Below, in pieces: positions 1 through 13,231 of a stretch of DNA of 64,000 nucleotides. Numbering within the stretch: position 1 is the first letter of the stretch; the number at the start of each line of letters is the position of its first letter. This DNA comes from Octopus vulgaris (lineage: Eukaryota). The translations under genes and the position numbers were made by a program. Under the pieces are notes generated by a model. The model was given only the letters and a program-made list of their open reading frames with translations. It ran no database searches and was not told the origin of the DNA. The stretch covers positions 24,986,001 to 25,050,000 of the forward strand of contig OX597835.1 in NCBI GenBank assembly GCA_951406725.2, read 5' to 3'.

Positions 1-38
1 TTCGACACATAGCGCACCGATGCAATATATATATATAT

Positions 39-235
39 TTAATCCAAACATGAAAACACAAAGAGAAAACACAACAACGCGAGGATGTGGAACAAGTATA
101 GTATTATTGGACGCTCAGGAAAGAAGGAGGGTTTAACATTTCGAGCGGAGCTCTTCGTCAGAAACATAGGAAAAGGAAAGATCCAAAGAAGGGAAGACGG
201 AGGAAAAAAATCGCCAACGGTACACACGCGACATT
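39..235 (-). mobile_element. Short hammerhead-bearing repeat (putative Penelope-like pLTR derivative), family 1, copy 1
   Basis: Lies between (TA)n tracts, is highly similar to the reverse complement of 49981-50185, and contains the hammerhead motif at 131-165. Confidence 0.6.
131..165 (-). ncRNA. Minimal type-I hammerhead ribozyme motif, core intact
   Basis: Minus strand reads GTTT-CTGACGA-A-GAGC-TCC-GCTC-GAAA-TG-T-T-AAAC: stem I GTTT/AAAC, core CUGANGA, stem II GAGC/GCTC, GAAA, quasi-palindromic stem III ATGT, cleavage triplet GUU. Confidence 0.65.
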
Positions 236-259
236 TGTATATATATATATATATATGAG

Positions 260-435
260 TGTGTGTGTTTGTGCTCCCAACGCCTGGCTGGTGTTGGTGT
301 GTTTACGACCCCATAATCTAACGGTTCGGCAAAAAGCCGACAGAATGAGTGCGAGATTTCAAATAAGTCACTAAATGCTTGAAGGCTGTGCACCAGCATT
401 GCCACACTCCATCGAATGACTCAAGTAAAAGAATG
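260..435 (+). mobile_element. SINE family A, degenerate 3' half
   Basis: Matches the 3' half of the full copy at 33674-34096 (ggtgtgtttacg...cggttcggcaaaa...ccagcat...gaatgact..agtaaaaga). Confidence 0.7.
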
Positions 436-599
436 AAATATATTTTGCATGCTGCTGTTCCGTGGTTCATCCAAACCCGGAGAAAAACTGCTTGGACTAT
501 TATAGAGGCGCACCACTGATTTTGGAAAAGTGGTGAGTAATAATTGGAACTTGTGATGTTTATGCCGTAACGAGAAGCAGTAGCAGAGTGAAGCACAAT

Positions 600-917
600 A
601 ACAGGCATTCTGTCGGTTACGACGACGAAGGTTCCAGTTGATCCGACCAACGGAACAGCCTGCTCATGAAATTAACGTGCAACAGGCAGAGCACTCCACG
701 GACACGTGTACTCTTAATGTAGTTCTCGGAGGAGATTCAGGATGTGACAAGGCCGGCATTTTGAAATAGGGGTACTATACCTTTTTGCCAGCTCAGTGGA
801 CTAGAGTAGAGCAACCTGAAAATAAAGTCTGTTGCTCAAGGGCACAATGCATGGCCGGGAATTGAACTCGGAACCTTACGATTGTGAGACGATTAGCATA
901 ACCACCAAGCCACGCGT
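600..917 (-). mobile_element. tRNA-headed SINE, CORE-like body B with tail X
   Basis: A-box/B-box-like head at about 855-917 on minus; body tgtgcccttgagcaacagac; 3' part shared with 23505-23660. Confidence 0.65.
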
Positions 918-1300
918 GGAATAAGGAGGAAAAAGCGGAGGTTCCTTGCAAAGTCATCGGTTTATTTTTGCTGATATTTTTAACGAGATTGTTTTATAGA
1001 AGAGAGGGAAGGATAGTTGGGAGCGTACGTCTATTAGCACTCACACACATCAGCTTTACACTGCCACCACAACCGCCTCCACCACAGCTCGACTATAGTT
1101 TTTAAAAGCTGTGAAATATCAGGTTATTTACTTCCTGGCTTCACTAGCGGGAAATGTTCTAACACTAATTAGTACCCTATGGGACAACACACACACACAC
1201 GCACACATACATACACGTGTGTGTAGTCTGCATATTGGATGAATAGTGTAGGCATTGATTTACTCCATTATCAAACTAGTGGCAATGGTATATAGTATAT

Positions 1301-1527
1301 ATTTCTTTACTACACACAAGGGGCTAAACACAGAGGAGACAAACAATGACAGACAAACGGATTAAGTCGATTACATCGACCCCAGTGCGTAACTGGTACT
1401 TTATTTATCGACCCCGAAAGGATGAAAGGCAAAGTCGACCTCGGCGGAATTTGAACCCAGAACGTAACGGCAGACGAAATACGGGTACGGATTTCGCCCG
1501 GCGTGCTAACGTTTCTGCCAGCTCGCT
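1301..1527 (-). mobile_element. SINE family B (tRNA head plus central gcctttcatcctttcggggtcgataaa domain), near full length
   Basis: Reverse complement of 30021-30250 and 44405-44640; the central domain resembles the Meta domain of MetaSINEs (from recall). Confidence 0.85.
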
Positions 1528-1786
1528 TTGGTATATAGTATATGCGTGTGCATACATACATAACTTACACACGCTTGTAAATAGAGACAAATAGTCAGGT
1601 AGGTAGATAGATAGGGATATATACCACTAACCCTCTACTTTGACAATACGTAGTTTATACACACCTATATATATATATATATATACACATATATACGGAC
1701 ATATACACGTGTATATATATATATATATATATACTCACACATATATATATACATATAGTGTGCGTACGTATATGTATATATATATA

Positions 1787-1837
<51 letters not shown>

Positions 1838-2504
1838 AGATATAGATATAGATATATAGATATAGATATAGATATATATATTAGAATATTATTATCAGCA
1901 CACGCACACATCGATGTATATACAAACATACTCATAACACAGACGCGCGCGTATATAACGCAGAATATAATTACATATGAACACTTTTGTTATTGGTATC
2001 TGATATTAAATACCAATACAAATCTTATAACAAAAATATCGCGTTGTTGTCTTTTTTTTTTTCTGATTATATGTGTATAATCGCACGCGTGTGTGTCTGT
2101 GTGTATGCATGTGTGCGTGTATATGTAAGCACAGGCGCACACACGCAATATTTTTCCTCGTACATAAATGCATACAAGAGATTGGATAAAGAAAAATTCT
2201 TCAAACCCATTTCCATGATAGCATTTTACAACATCGGCTCTTTTAATCATATCGCAGTGGACTGTATTAGTGGGCGGGAAGATAGCTGTGACGTTCTCTC
2301 TTTTCATTGGTTACTTCTGAGAAAGTAGGCCGGTCTTTTAAAGTGGGGGTGGTGTTGTTTATAACGGCTGATTCTACCGTTTTATTCCAATCCCCTCCCT
2401 CTCCGTTGCTCTCTCTCTCTGTTTAAAGCCAAATAAAATAAAATGTGTGTGCATGTGTATATGTGTGTGCGTATATGTATACGTATCTATTATTATTTAT
2501 ACGT

Positions 2505-2830
2505 CTATCTGAATGCTTCCATGTCTCCGAGCTAACCGAAGTCTTGTGCGTAGATTTAGTAGACGGAAACTGAAAGAAGCCCGTCGTATACACACATTCA
2601 TTCACATATGTATACACACATACATACACACATAAATCGTGTGTGCGTGTATGTTTATATGTGTACCCCCCCCCCACTCGCTTGTCAATCGATGTTGATT
2701 TCCTTGCGTTCCCGAAACGTAGCGGTTCGGCAATAAAATCCGATAGAATAAGTAACAGGCATTAAAAATTAAATCCCGGTGTTGAGTCATTTGACTGAAA
2801 AATTCTTCAAGGCGGTGCCCCATCTTGGCC
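2505..2830 (+). mobile_element. SINE family A, degenerate
   Basis: gatttagtagacggaaactgaaagaagcccgtcg, internal (TA/CA)n, then the 3' half; a tail remnant recurs at 3243-3290 after the MITE. Confidence 0.7.
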
Positions 2831-2856
2831 TAGATAGATACATATACACACAATTT

Positions 2857-3242
2857 GGATCTTTTCGGTTTGAACGGCAGTTTTTTTAAAAATAATTTCC
2901 ACGTAATTAAACACTTTTAAACTTCGTATACTGGTAGAATGTGTTTATAAAACATCATTTTCTCTTGGCTTTATTGAGAAAATTCTATAGTTTGTAAGAT
3001 ATTTGTTGCTTTTTTTCTTCAGTTTCTGCAATTTCAACCAATCAATGACGTCTATTGAGGTGAAAACATTCTGTGCCGTATGAAAATGTCCCTCGTTTAA
3101 GAAACAGATTGGGATTATTTACATTTCTCAACCTAACCATAACCCTAAAACATTGAAATGCATCGATACTAGGGTCATAATTATGGGTGACAATTTCATA
3201 TGACACCGCTAGAAAAAACTGCCGTTCAAACCGAAAAGATCC
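2857..3242. mobile_element. MITE with 30-bp TIR GGATCTTTTCGGTTTGAACGGCAGTTTTTT, copy 1
   Basis: Perfect 30-bp terminal inverted repeats; flanks cacaattt/caaaattc (6/8 match); second copy at 21735-22146. Confidence 0.9.
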
Positions 3243-3596
3243 CAAAATTCTTCAAGCATTGCCGCAGTCCACAGGCTGAAGTATGTGAAAAGCACGCACA
3301 TACTTCTACTTCTTTTTTTATTCACCTTTACACTAATTAAATTTTCTAAATGACCTGAGATACTCGTCCCGCCTTGGATTTGTTGTCCTTTTTCCTTTAA
3401 TGAATCGAAAGCCTACTACGGACCCCTAGCTCCAGCCTCAGCTGTGAACAAGGAACCTAACGGATGACCAATTATAGCACTTACACAGCGTACCTATTGG
3501 TTTAGATCACCAGTGAACTAAACCCATCATATTCTTTATACATTGATCGCTAAATCCACAAGATTTTTTATTCTCCATTCTTATTTCCTCGTGTTC

Positions 3597-3632
3597 CTTT
3601 CTCTTGAAGAGCGTTGGCTCGAAAAGTAGAAG
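3597..3632 (+). ncRNA. Decayed hammerhead-like motif (family 2 repeat, about 3575-3710)
   Basis: CTTT-CTCTTGA-A-GAGC-GTTG-GCTC-GAAA-AG-TA-GAAG: stems I and II present, core mutated at G5 and A6. Confidence 0.5.
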
Positions 3633-3730
3633 ACTTTCTCACTTTCCCGAGCGTTAAAATAATACACCTGCTTGTTTATACACCTGTCTTCGGCGTTTGT
3701 TTTTCTGTACACACACACACACACACACAT

Positions 3731-3790
<60 letters not shown>

Positions 3791-4224
3791 ATATATATAT
3801 ACACATATATATATACATATATATATATACACATATATATATACATATATATATATACACATATATATATATACATTCATACATATATATACATACATAC
3901 ATATATATATATATACATACATACATATATATATACATTCATACATATACATATATATACATATATATGTATACACATACATATACATATATATACATAC
4001 ATATATATATATATGTGTGTGTGTGTGTATAGATAGATAGATATTGATGGTCAGTAAATCATAAATTCGAAAGATAAGCAGATTCTGAGTTACAGGGCAG
4101 TAAGTGTATTTGGAGATTGTTAGTTATGGCCGGTTTATAAGATTACCCAAGGTTTCGCGTCCATAAAGTGCTTAGCTTTACACAGGTATATTTACACATG
4201 TGTGTGTGTGCGTGTGTGTGTGTG

Positions 4225-4255
<31 letters not shown>

Positions 4256-4409
4256 CAACTGAGACTAGACCTGACATAGACAAAGGAATCAGACAGGGTG
4301 TTACATTTCGTCGTCGGTTTGGTACAACGCACACGTTATATAAAGGAAGCGTTCCAGAAGCTTGAAAGAATCTGTGAAACTTGAAGTAGCATGGAGCCGA
4401 ATCAATTCT

Positions 4410-4470
<61 letters not shown>

Positions 4471-4962
4471 ACTTCGTTATATCTGGCAAGCAACCACTCC
4501 TCATTCATATATCCTTTGCTATCGCAGTCTGAGATCGGTTGTGATGGTGTGAGATAGAGTGTGTCGGCGGTGGGTGGGTAGGTGGATGAACGACTGGGTT
4601 GGTACAGAATCTCTTATCTCTCTTTTACATTCCCATGTATCACGACTGTAGTAAAACCAAGGCCCTCCAATATATCGTTATGTCACAGACCACACACACT
4701 TAAAGCATACACCCAACCAGGTAACTTGTACGACCCGCTAGAAGAAACAGCACCCTCCAAATCACTCTCTACCATTGTCACGATCACTACCACCACCACC
4801 ACCACCACCATTATCATAATCATCACTTAACGTGTATTTTTCCATGCTTGCATGGGTTAGACATGGGTCATATAAATGTATAGATATGTATTTATGTATA
4901 TGTAAAAGTGTGTATATATGTATGTATCTATATTTATAACTTAACCTTATGAACTTTCTAAA

Positions 4963-5082
4963 CTCTGACGAAGCCCAGAGGCACACCCAAGTACCTTGAT
5001 CTTATCTACCAAATACTTCAGTTCATTGAAGGGATGGAAGTAAAGTGGGGTACTATGACCTCTTGGCTGAAACAGCTGTAAG
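4963..5082 (+). ncRNA. Type-I hammerhead ribozyme motif with long stem II, core intact
   Basis: CT-CTGACGA-AGCC-c-AGAGG...CCTCT-t-GGCT-GAAA-CAGCTG-TA-AG; inner GTACC/GGTAC pairing; palindromic stem III ACAGCTGT; predicted cut after GUA at 5080; stem I only 2 bp. Confidence 0.65.
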
Positions 5083-5417
5083 AAACTATTCTACGTTCTA
5101 TGTTCTACATTATATATGTTAATAATTACTGGTATTTTTATATATGTAAAGCATATGTTATACATGTATGTATATTGTTATAATTGTTTCTTTAAAAATA
5201 AATAAATAGACATAATATAATGTCTAAAAGTTGATGAATACCACCTTGATCCCTTCCATTTTCTTATTGCCGTATGTATGTATGTATGTATGTATGTATG
5301 TATGGTGGTGGTGTTACACACCGTACTAATCACCTGAATATATATATGTGTATATGTATATATTGTTAAAGAGGACGGCAAACGTTAAGGCAAGGCAAAC
5401 ATCTCAAGTCATATACA

Positions 5418-5466
<49 letters not shown>

Positions 5467-5486
5467 CATTATTAGAAAAAATTCAG

Positions 5487-5540
5487 TCTTACAGATGTTT
5501 CTGGGATATCCCAATGCATGGGACATTCCGTCACCGGAGA
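5487..5540 (-). ncRNA. Decayed hammerhead-like motif
   Basis: Minus: TCT-CCGGTGA-CGGAATGTCCCA-TGCAT-TGGGATATCCCA-GAAA-CATCTG-TA-AGA; two transitions in the core, stem II pairs at 10 of 12 positions. Confidence 0.55.
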
Positions 5541-5687
5541 TAAATAGAGAAAATGAGAAGGGTATAGATTAATGAAATGACGACATAGAGGACAGGAGGC
5601 AGGGAATAAGGAGATGAAGATGTATATATATAGTTTTCAAAATATTTTTTTGTTAATGTTTCTTTTAATTATTGTTTTGATAACTCT

Positions 5688-5730
5688 TTCCCATTGGTAG
5701 CGACTAAAGAGTTAGAAACGCGTCTGGGAA
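5688..5730 (+). ncRNA. Decayed hammerhead-like motif
   Basis: TTCCCA-TTGGTAG-CGACT-AAAG-AGTTA-GAAA-CGCG-TC-TGGGAA: 6-bp stem I, palindromic ACGCGT stem III, GUC triplet; the core differs from CTGATGA by four transitions. Confidence 0.5.
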
Positions 5731-5871
5731 TCCGATCGGTGGCAGCACTGGGCAAATATGGTGTTTTTACGCGTTTTACCTTAAGGGAAGATTTTTTTCA
5801 CACCGGTAACTGCAATGACTTTTAAGTGTATCTACAGATTTTCTATAGAATTTGTAGTCAGTACCGTTTTG

Positions 5872-5906
5872 TTACGACGTTTCGTATCCGAATACGTCTG
5901 ATGTAA
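5872..5906 (-). ncRNA. Possible hammerhead relic
   Basis: Minus: TTAC-ATCAGAC-GTAT-TCGG-ATAC-GAAA-CG-TC-GTAA; all three stems at correct spacing but the core heptamer is badly degenerate. Confidence 0.35.
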
Positions 5907-5932
5907 ACAATAGAAAAAATAGGCAACGGTGT

Positions 5933-5971
5933 GTATACATATTTCGGGAGTTTTTGCTCCTTCTTCAGTAC
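5933..5971 (-). ncRNA. Minimal type-I hammerhead ribozyme motif, core intact
   Basis: Minus: GTA-CTGAAGA-AGGAG-CAAAAA-CTCCC-GAAA-TATG-TA-TAC; A.C mismatch at the base of stem II; GUA triplet. Confidence 0.6.
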
Positions 5972-6049
5972 CATATCCAACCCATCAACCATCCCGGCCT
6001 CATTGCTTAAACAGCCACTAAATATAACGGTGTAACGCCATTGGATATT

Positions 6050-6416
6050 CTTCTACTGGTTTCAATCATTTGACTGCGGCCATACTGGAGCACCGCCTTT
6101 AGTCGAACGAATCCACGCCAGGACTTATTCTTTGTAAGCCTAGAACTTATTCTATCGGTTTTTTTTTGCTGAAACGCTAAGTTACGGGGACGTAAACGCA
6201 CCAACATCGGTTGTCAAGCGATGATGGGTGGACAAACACTGACACACAAACATATATGTATATGATGGGCTTCTTTCAGTTTCCGTCGACTAAATCCACT
6301 CACAAGGCCCGAGGCTCTAGTAGAAAACACTCGCCCAAGGTGCCACGCAGTGAAACTGAACCCGGAATCATATGGCTGGTAAGCAAGCTACTTACCACAC
6401 AGCCACTCCTGCACCT
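6050..6416 (-). mobile_element. SINE family A, near full length
   Basis: Reverse complement of 33674-34096 with small deletions. Confidence 0.85.
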
Positions 6417-6662
6417 ACCAATTTTACATATCAAACTCAGTCCTGGCAAGCATGTACGTAAATATTAATGACTTGTAGGGACACAGTATTTCGTTAGCCA
6501 ACCATAATATACGATGAAATATAGTAAAAGCTTTTATAAATCAATACCGTGTTCTACTGTGTTAGCAGCGCGTTGTTTTCATAATTAGATATGTTTATTA
6601 GACACGCAGACTAAACGAAAGTGTCTGCTTAGTTACATACTAACAATATTAGTAATTATAAT

Positions 6663-6846
6663 AAGGTGGCGAGCTGGGCGAAATGCTTATCGGTATTTCG
6701 TCTGCCGTTACGTTTCGGGGTCGATTAAATAAGTACTAGTTACGCACTGGGGTCGATATAATCGACTTAATCCGTTTGCCTGTCCTTGTTTGTCCTCTCT
6801 GTGTTTAGCCCCTTGTGGGTAGTAAAGAAATATATATGTGTGTGTG

Positions 6847-6908
<62 letters not shown>

Positions 6909-7100
6909 CGTGTGTTTAGCCCCTTGTGGGTAGTAAAAAAATAGGTATTTCGTCTGTCTTTATGTTCTGAGTTCAAATTCCGCCGAGGCCGACTTTGCCT
7001 TTCATCCTTTCGGGGTCGATAAATTGAGCACCAGTTGCGTACTGGAGTCAATCTAATCGACTGATCACCTCCTCCAAAAATTGTGTCTAGGGTAGGAGGG
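6663..7100 (+). mobile_element. SINE family B, two partial head-to-tail units with intervening (TA)n
   Basis: ggtggcgagctgg head; ggggtcgat..aagtac core twice; tail gtgtttagccccttgtgggtagtaaa duplicated around (TA)n. Confidence 0.8.
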
Positions 7101-7218
7101 TATATATATATAAGTAACACTAATTAAACGCTAGAGTTACGCTCGCGTTCTTCATCACTAAAGCAATTCAAGCGAAGCGAGAAGCCAATTTTTTTATATA
7201 CACATCAAATCTAGAAGC

Positions 7219-7302
<84 letters not shown>

Positions 7303-7862
7303 TCGTATAGCTACTTATTTATCTATTTACCTTTTTATCTTGCAAATCTACATTCATGTATGTATGTATATATCTATATATATATATATGTGTGTGTGTG
7401 TGTATATGTATATATGTATGTGTATATATGTGTATGTGTGTTTATATATATATGTATATTTTATACATATATATATGTATACATATATGTATATTTTATA
7501 CATATATATATATATATATACATATATGTGTATATGTATGTGTGTGTGTGTATGTATATATATGCGTGTGCGTATTGTAGGTAAGTAGGTACGTTTTCTT
7601 TCTCTTCCAGTCCTTTCTGTCTTTTGGTCTTTCCTTTTCTTGCACACAAAGATTTGCGCGCACACGCACACACACACATATAGATAGATAGATAGAAAAG
7701 AAAAGAAAAGAACATTCGTTTCCAGATTAATATCATTTTCTGTAAATCATTTCTGATGAGCCTGGGAAATTAACGAGATGCACACACACACACACACACA
7801 CACACAGGTATATGTATATATGTGTGTCTAACTTCTTTTGACACAGAAAGGCGACTAAAGCT

Positions 7863-7893
<31 letters not shown>

Positions 7894-8381
7894 GCTCGTG
7901 CACAGACAAACACACAGAGGTGCAAATGCATCGTTCTGTTTTTGTTTTTTTTTTCCATTTCTTGCTCAGTATTGAAAAGAAATCACACAGAAACCAAAAT
8001 TCCACCTGTTGGAGGTGTTCCTGGGCGTCTGTGTCAATGTTTGTGTTAATGTGTGCGTGTGTGTGTGTTTGTGTTAATGTGTGCGTATGAGTGTGACAGA
8101 GGTGACAGAAACAAAGTGTGACACCTGATGCCATTCTATCTGCTGTTCTTCTTAATATTGTTGCTGCTGTCGCTGTGTTTTTTTTTTGCTTTTTTTCTTG
8201 CTGCTTGTTGACATGTCAGAGTGGCGCGGTTTATTTCGCTATATTTTATAGAGTTTCTCAGATTTTGCTTTTTCTTGCTACCCCCCCCCCCCATTGAATT
8301 CAGTTTTTCTTTTTTACAGTGTGTTTGTATGTGTGTGTGTGTGTGTGCGTTGGCTTTAGTTGCCTTCTGTGTAAAAAAAAG

Positions 8382-8423
<42 letters not shown>

Positions 8424-8464
8424 GTGGGTATGTGTGTATATATATATATATTTGTGCGTGTGTA

Positions 8465-8511
<47 letters not shown>

Positions 8512-8576
8512 GTCTAACTGCTTTTTTTAACACAGAAGGCGCACATAGATACATACATACACGCACACACACATAT

Positions 8577-8644
<68 letters not shown>

Positions 8645-8654
8645 ATGTATAAAC

Positions 8655-8707
<53 letters not shown>

Positions 8708-8996
8708 TATGTATACACACAAATAAATAGATGTGTGTATTTCTACCTTGTTATAAATATATATATATATATATACACATACATATACATATATGTAGAC
8801 ACACACATACACAGATATATTGGGCTAGTTTCAACCTACCTTCGTTTATAACACACACACATATATACGTACACGTACGCACATAGCAAACACAGACATA
8901 CACGCATACGCACACATAATTATCTATTCTTTTCATGTCGTATGGTCGCAGATCTGTAGATTGGTTGGGGAAAACGGTTTGCTCTTTAAGCTCTTT

Positions 8997-9057
<61 letters not shown>

Positions 9058-9351
9058 CGCGCGGCTGTCTTTAACGGTTTCTTTCGCTAATCTCTCTGAC
9101 TGCCTTCTTGCATGATTGATGAGGATACGTGTTCGTCTTGTGTGTGTGTGACTGTGTACGTTTTACATATATATATGCATACACACACACATATATATAT
9201 ATAGATACATACATACATACATACATACACACACTGCATACCCGCATAGTTTGTGTCATTCTCGTCTTGAACATTTTGACAGCGGTGCCTATTACAAACG
9301 TAAGATGTTTGACCCCCTGTTATATATTACATGTGTGCATTCTTCATACTC

Positions 9352-9391
<40 letters not shown>

Positions 9392-9714
9392 CACTCACAC
9401 ATATATATTGCTGTGTCTGGGAGAAGAGACAGAGCCAATGGCCCTTGCGGGGCCCCTTTCTTGACTCTCGTAAGATTGATGCCGTAATCATTTCGTTTAA
9501 CCTGTTGCAAGTTCAACACCTGCAGAAAAGACATGGGCTGTGGACGGGGAAGATTCCAGATGACCGATGTTTTGGAGAAGCAGGGCTAAAAGTATGGGGG
9601 GGGGGGGGTGTATAGTACGGGCAAGGGGGTTGTTGAATGTAACAAGGTTAGTGGGGATTGGAGAGACGAGAGTTCGGCATTTCTGATATAGGAGACCAGT
9701 CAGCTCCGAAGAGT

Positions 9715-9925
9715 TTCAAATTTTGGCACAAGACCTGTAGTTTCGGGGGATTGGGCAAGTCGATTACATTGACCCCAGTGCTGAACTGGTACTTATTTTA
9801 TTGACCCTGAAAGAATGAAAAGCAAAGTTGATCTCTGTGGAATTTGAACTCAGAACGTAAAGGCGGACGAAATACCACTAAGCGTTTTTGCTCGGCGCAG
9901 TAACGATTCAGTCTGGTCGCCGGCT
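9715..9925 (-). mobile_element. SINE family B, older tail variant
   Basis: ttcaaattttggcacaag...gtcgattacattgaccccagtg...ggtacttattttattgacc...gaatttgaactcagaacg. Confidence 0.75.
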
Positions 9926-9949
9926 TCAGCTGAGGCCATAATATTTATT

Positions 9950-10500
9950 TAACTACTTAGGTGCTCCTGAGTCGGGCGACGCGTGAGGCATTCAAAGTAC
10001 TCCAGCATGACCGGTCAGGAGTCACCCACATTGCATCTCCGACTACTGCGAATGGTTTTGCACTTTGAACTGTTTTCGTAGATTGAGGTTTTCCCTTGGG
10101 ACACGGTACTTAACCTGAAGCCCAACTATTTGCATTTAAGAAAGGGACTGTAAGTAGAGTTGTCTCTGATTGCCTGATGAGGTCCATGAAGTATAGTATG
10201 GCCTACCTTCAAGAGGTTGGTCTTCTTGACACTCCTCTTCTCTGGCCATTGGCTGCTGGCCACAGCTCATCCGCCTGTCCTATGTTACAGTGTCGATACC
10301 ATCCCTCATGTGCTTTAAGGCCGCCAGCTGAGGCAGTGTTCTGGAGTGTGACCTTGGAGTGTGAGTGAGATCCGGTGATGCTCATCCAACATGTTTTCGA
10401 GGAATTACGAAAATGTTTCTTGGAAAAACTCCTCTGCGACGTAGTTCTTCTGAATGCTTATCGTACATGATGCATAGACGCCAGGGAAATGTGTCTTAAG
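9950..10500 (-). mobile_element. Degenerate 3' fragment of a LINE, possibly RTE clade
   Basis: Balanced-composition non-microsatellite block; minus strand gaccggtcatgctgg encodes DRSCW, resembling the DRxxW motif near RTE ORF ends, followed by a short taaataaat tail; frames are broken. Confidence 0.3.
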
Positions 10501-10552
10501 TATTACATATGATACACAGGACGGGTTTGAGTGACTTTTACGGTCTAGTGAG

Positions 10553-10794
10553 CTGTGGTTTTCAACCGGGTTCATATGGCCCTGTGGGGTGGTGCTCCAT
10601 ATAAGATTTTTTTTGTTAAAATCTTATGTGCAATAACCTCGCTATACTTCTACACAAAATATTTTTTATACAATTCTTAATATCTAATTATAAAAAAAAG
10701 GATTTTTAAAAATATCAAATGGCTATGAGGGTCCACCCATGCAAAAAAGGAAAAAAAGGGGGGTCGAAAAGTAAAGAATGATCGGGAACCATTG
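10553..10794. mobile_element. Old hAT-like MITE
   Basis: Imperfect TIRs ctgtggttttcaacc / gatcgggaaccattg; no clear TSD. Confidence 0.45.
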
Positions 10795-10829
10795 TCTTAC
10801 AGGCTCCCGCAGGATTAGTTGTTTATTGT

Positions 10830-11146
10830 TGTTTCTCGGGTTCACAATCTTGAGATAGTGAGTTCAATTCCCGGATTGGGCTGTGTTGTGTTCTCGAACA
10901 AGACACATTATTTCACGTTGCTCCAGTTCACTCTGCTGTAGAAATCAGTCGTGATGTCACTGGTGCCAAGCCGTATCGGCCCCTTTGCTTTTCCCTTGGA
11001 TAACATCGGCGGCATGAAAAGGGGGAGGCTGGTATGCATGGGCGACTGTTGGTCTTCCACAAACAACCTTGCTCGGACTTGCATCTTGGAGGGGAACTTT
11101 CTAAGTGCAATCCCATGGTCATTCATGATCGAAGGAGGTCTTTACC
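10830..11146 (+). mobile_element. tRNA-headed SINE, CORE-like body B with tail Z
   Basis: B-box-like gagttcaattccc; body tgtgttctcgaacaagacac...ttgctccagttcactc; tail homologous to 26983-27210 (minus). Confidence 0.7.
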
Positions 11147-12064
11147 GTAGCCACCCAGTCAGGTCAGTCCTGATTCAATAAAGCTATCAGCAAAGGCGCT
11201 TTCCATCAGTGACCATCCTGTCTTTTTGTATAACATCTATCTGAATATTATCGAATGTGTTATTCCATTTCCTTGAAAGAGATCTAATTTGAAAGATATA
11301 TGGCCGCTATTTTTAGCATTGCTGGTTGATCTAATTGATGTTATTGACGTTCTTAGCTACTTTGATCTTCATTCATTCATGTCTTTGATCTGTTTTCTTT
11401 TTCTTAAGATCTTTATTTATTTTTACTTTTCTGGGGTTTCTTTTTTATTCCCTTCTAATTTTCTTTTTCTATTAATTCCTCCTCCGTTTCCTTTGTTGAT
11501 GAAAGCGGACTCAATTTTGTATAAACACACACCAACGAAGACGTATGTCAAATGTGTAATGTATGGACGTACGTACGTATATATGTTCTGTGTGTGTTTG
11601 TGTGTGTATGTACGTATGTATGTATGGTGTGTATGTATGTCTGTATGTATGTCGTGTGTGTATGTGTATGTACGGTGTGTGTGCACAATTGCGTGTAGGA
11701 AGGAACCTGTTGCCATGAAAGAAGCCTTCCTCCGAGAAATTGTACTTCAATCATCAAAACAGACACCAATGAATATGTGTGTGTGCGTGTGTGTGTGTGT
11801 GTATTACGCACACACACACACAGACTTACGTGTGTGTTTAGAGAGATAAACAGACAGACAGACGTGTGTGTTTCTGTGAAGTTCTTAGTTTTGCATGAAC
11901 TCCGACATATACTCACAGGTTTTTGTTTTGTTCCCCCCACCCCCACCCGCCAAACATTTATTTGGCCCTTGCCACTGTCTGTGCACCCGACACTTCCTCT
12001 ATTTGCCCATCTATCTATCTGTCTACTTGTCTCTGTCTATCTTCCTATCCATCTACCCATTTGC

Positions 12065-12165
<101 letters not shown>

Positions 12166-12304
12166 TATATACATATATATTTGTCTATTTATCTTACAAT
12201 CCATCTACCCATTTGTCCACCTATTTATCTATCTATTTACCAATCTGTCTATTTATCCATCTACCTATCCACCCGCTTGTCATCCGACACTATTTGAGTT
12301 CTTT

Positions 12305-12366
<62 letters not shown>

Positions 12367-12827
12367 TTTTTTCTCAATTTCTTACTTTCTTCCATTTTCT
12401 TCAACCTCCCTCCAGCCTTCACTTCCCCCCCCCCTAGGTCTCTATGTCTCCATGTAGACATTATCTGTCTCAGTCACAGATCCTCCCTCCGCGGTCACCA
12501 CCAGCACCACCACCACCACCACATCCTCCTCCCGCCTCACTTTTTTTTTACTTAATCTCACATTTCCAACTACTTTGTTTTTCCAGAAAACGAAAAAAAA
12601 AAAAATACAAAACGCACACACACACATACAAAAACTCATGTTACCAAACGAACAAACAAAAAAAAAACAACCCCAAAAAGATTACCCTTTTAATTACAGT
12701 ATAATCTATCCGAAGCCTTCTAAAAAAAATCTACCCCCTAATTAGACAATATCAATCCCCTTCACATTCTCTGTAATATCATGTTCGATTCTTCCCCCCC
12801 TCACCGGTAAAAAGAAACACTCTTTTT

Positions 12828-12894
<67 letters not shown>

Positions 12895-13231
12895 CAAAGG
12901 TTATTTCGTCGTTCCGCAAAGCCTTTCTGTCTCTAAATATCTCTTGCTCGCAAGAAGAAAATAAAAAAGAAGTAGAAATTTTCTTTGTCCAGCGTGAAAA
13001 ATCTATTTATCTCCCAGATTTCACAGCCTTATTATTAAGATTAGTGTAAAAAAAATCCCCTTTAATTCACAGGCTTATTGTTCGTTTTCTGTATCAAATA
13101 TCTCATTAATTCTACCTATATTTCACAGCTTTCACTGCCTGATACTACGATATATATAAAATATATAAACGTCTTAATCTTCTGAATTTCGTGACCTATT
13201 TGTGGATTAGCTATTTTTTCTTCCATCTTTT

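Noticed and set aside
7753-7769. CTGATGA...GAAA hammerhead candidate
   Set aside because: No stem II can form from GCCTGG.
10174-10195. CTGATGAGG hammerhead candidate
   Set aside because: No GAAA or stem III at a compatible position.
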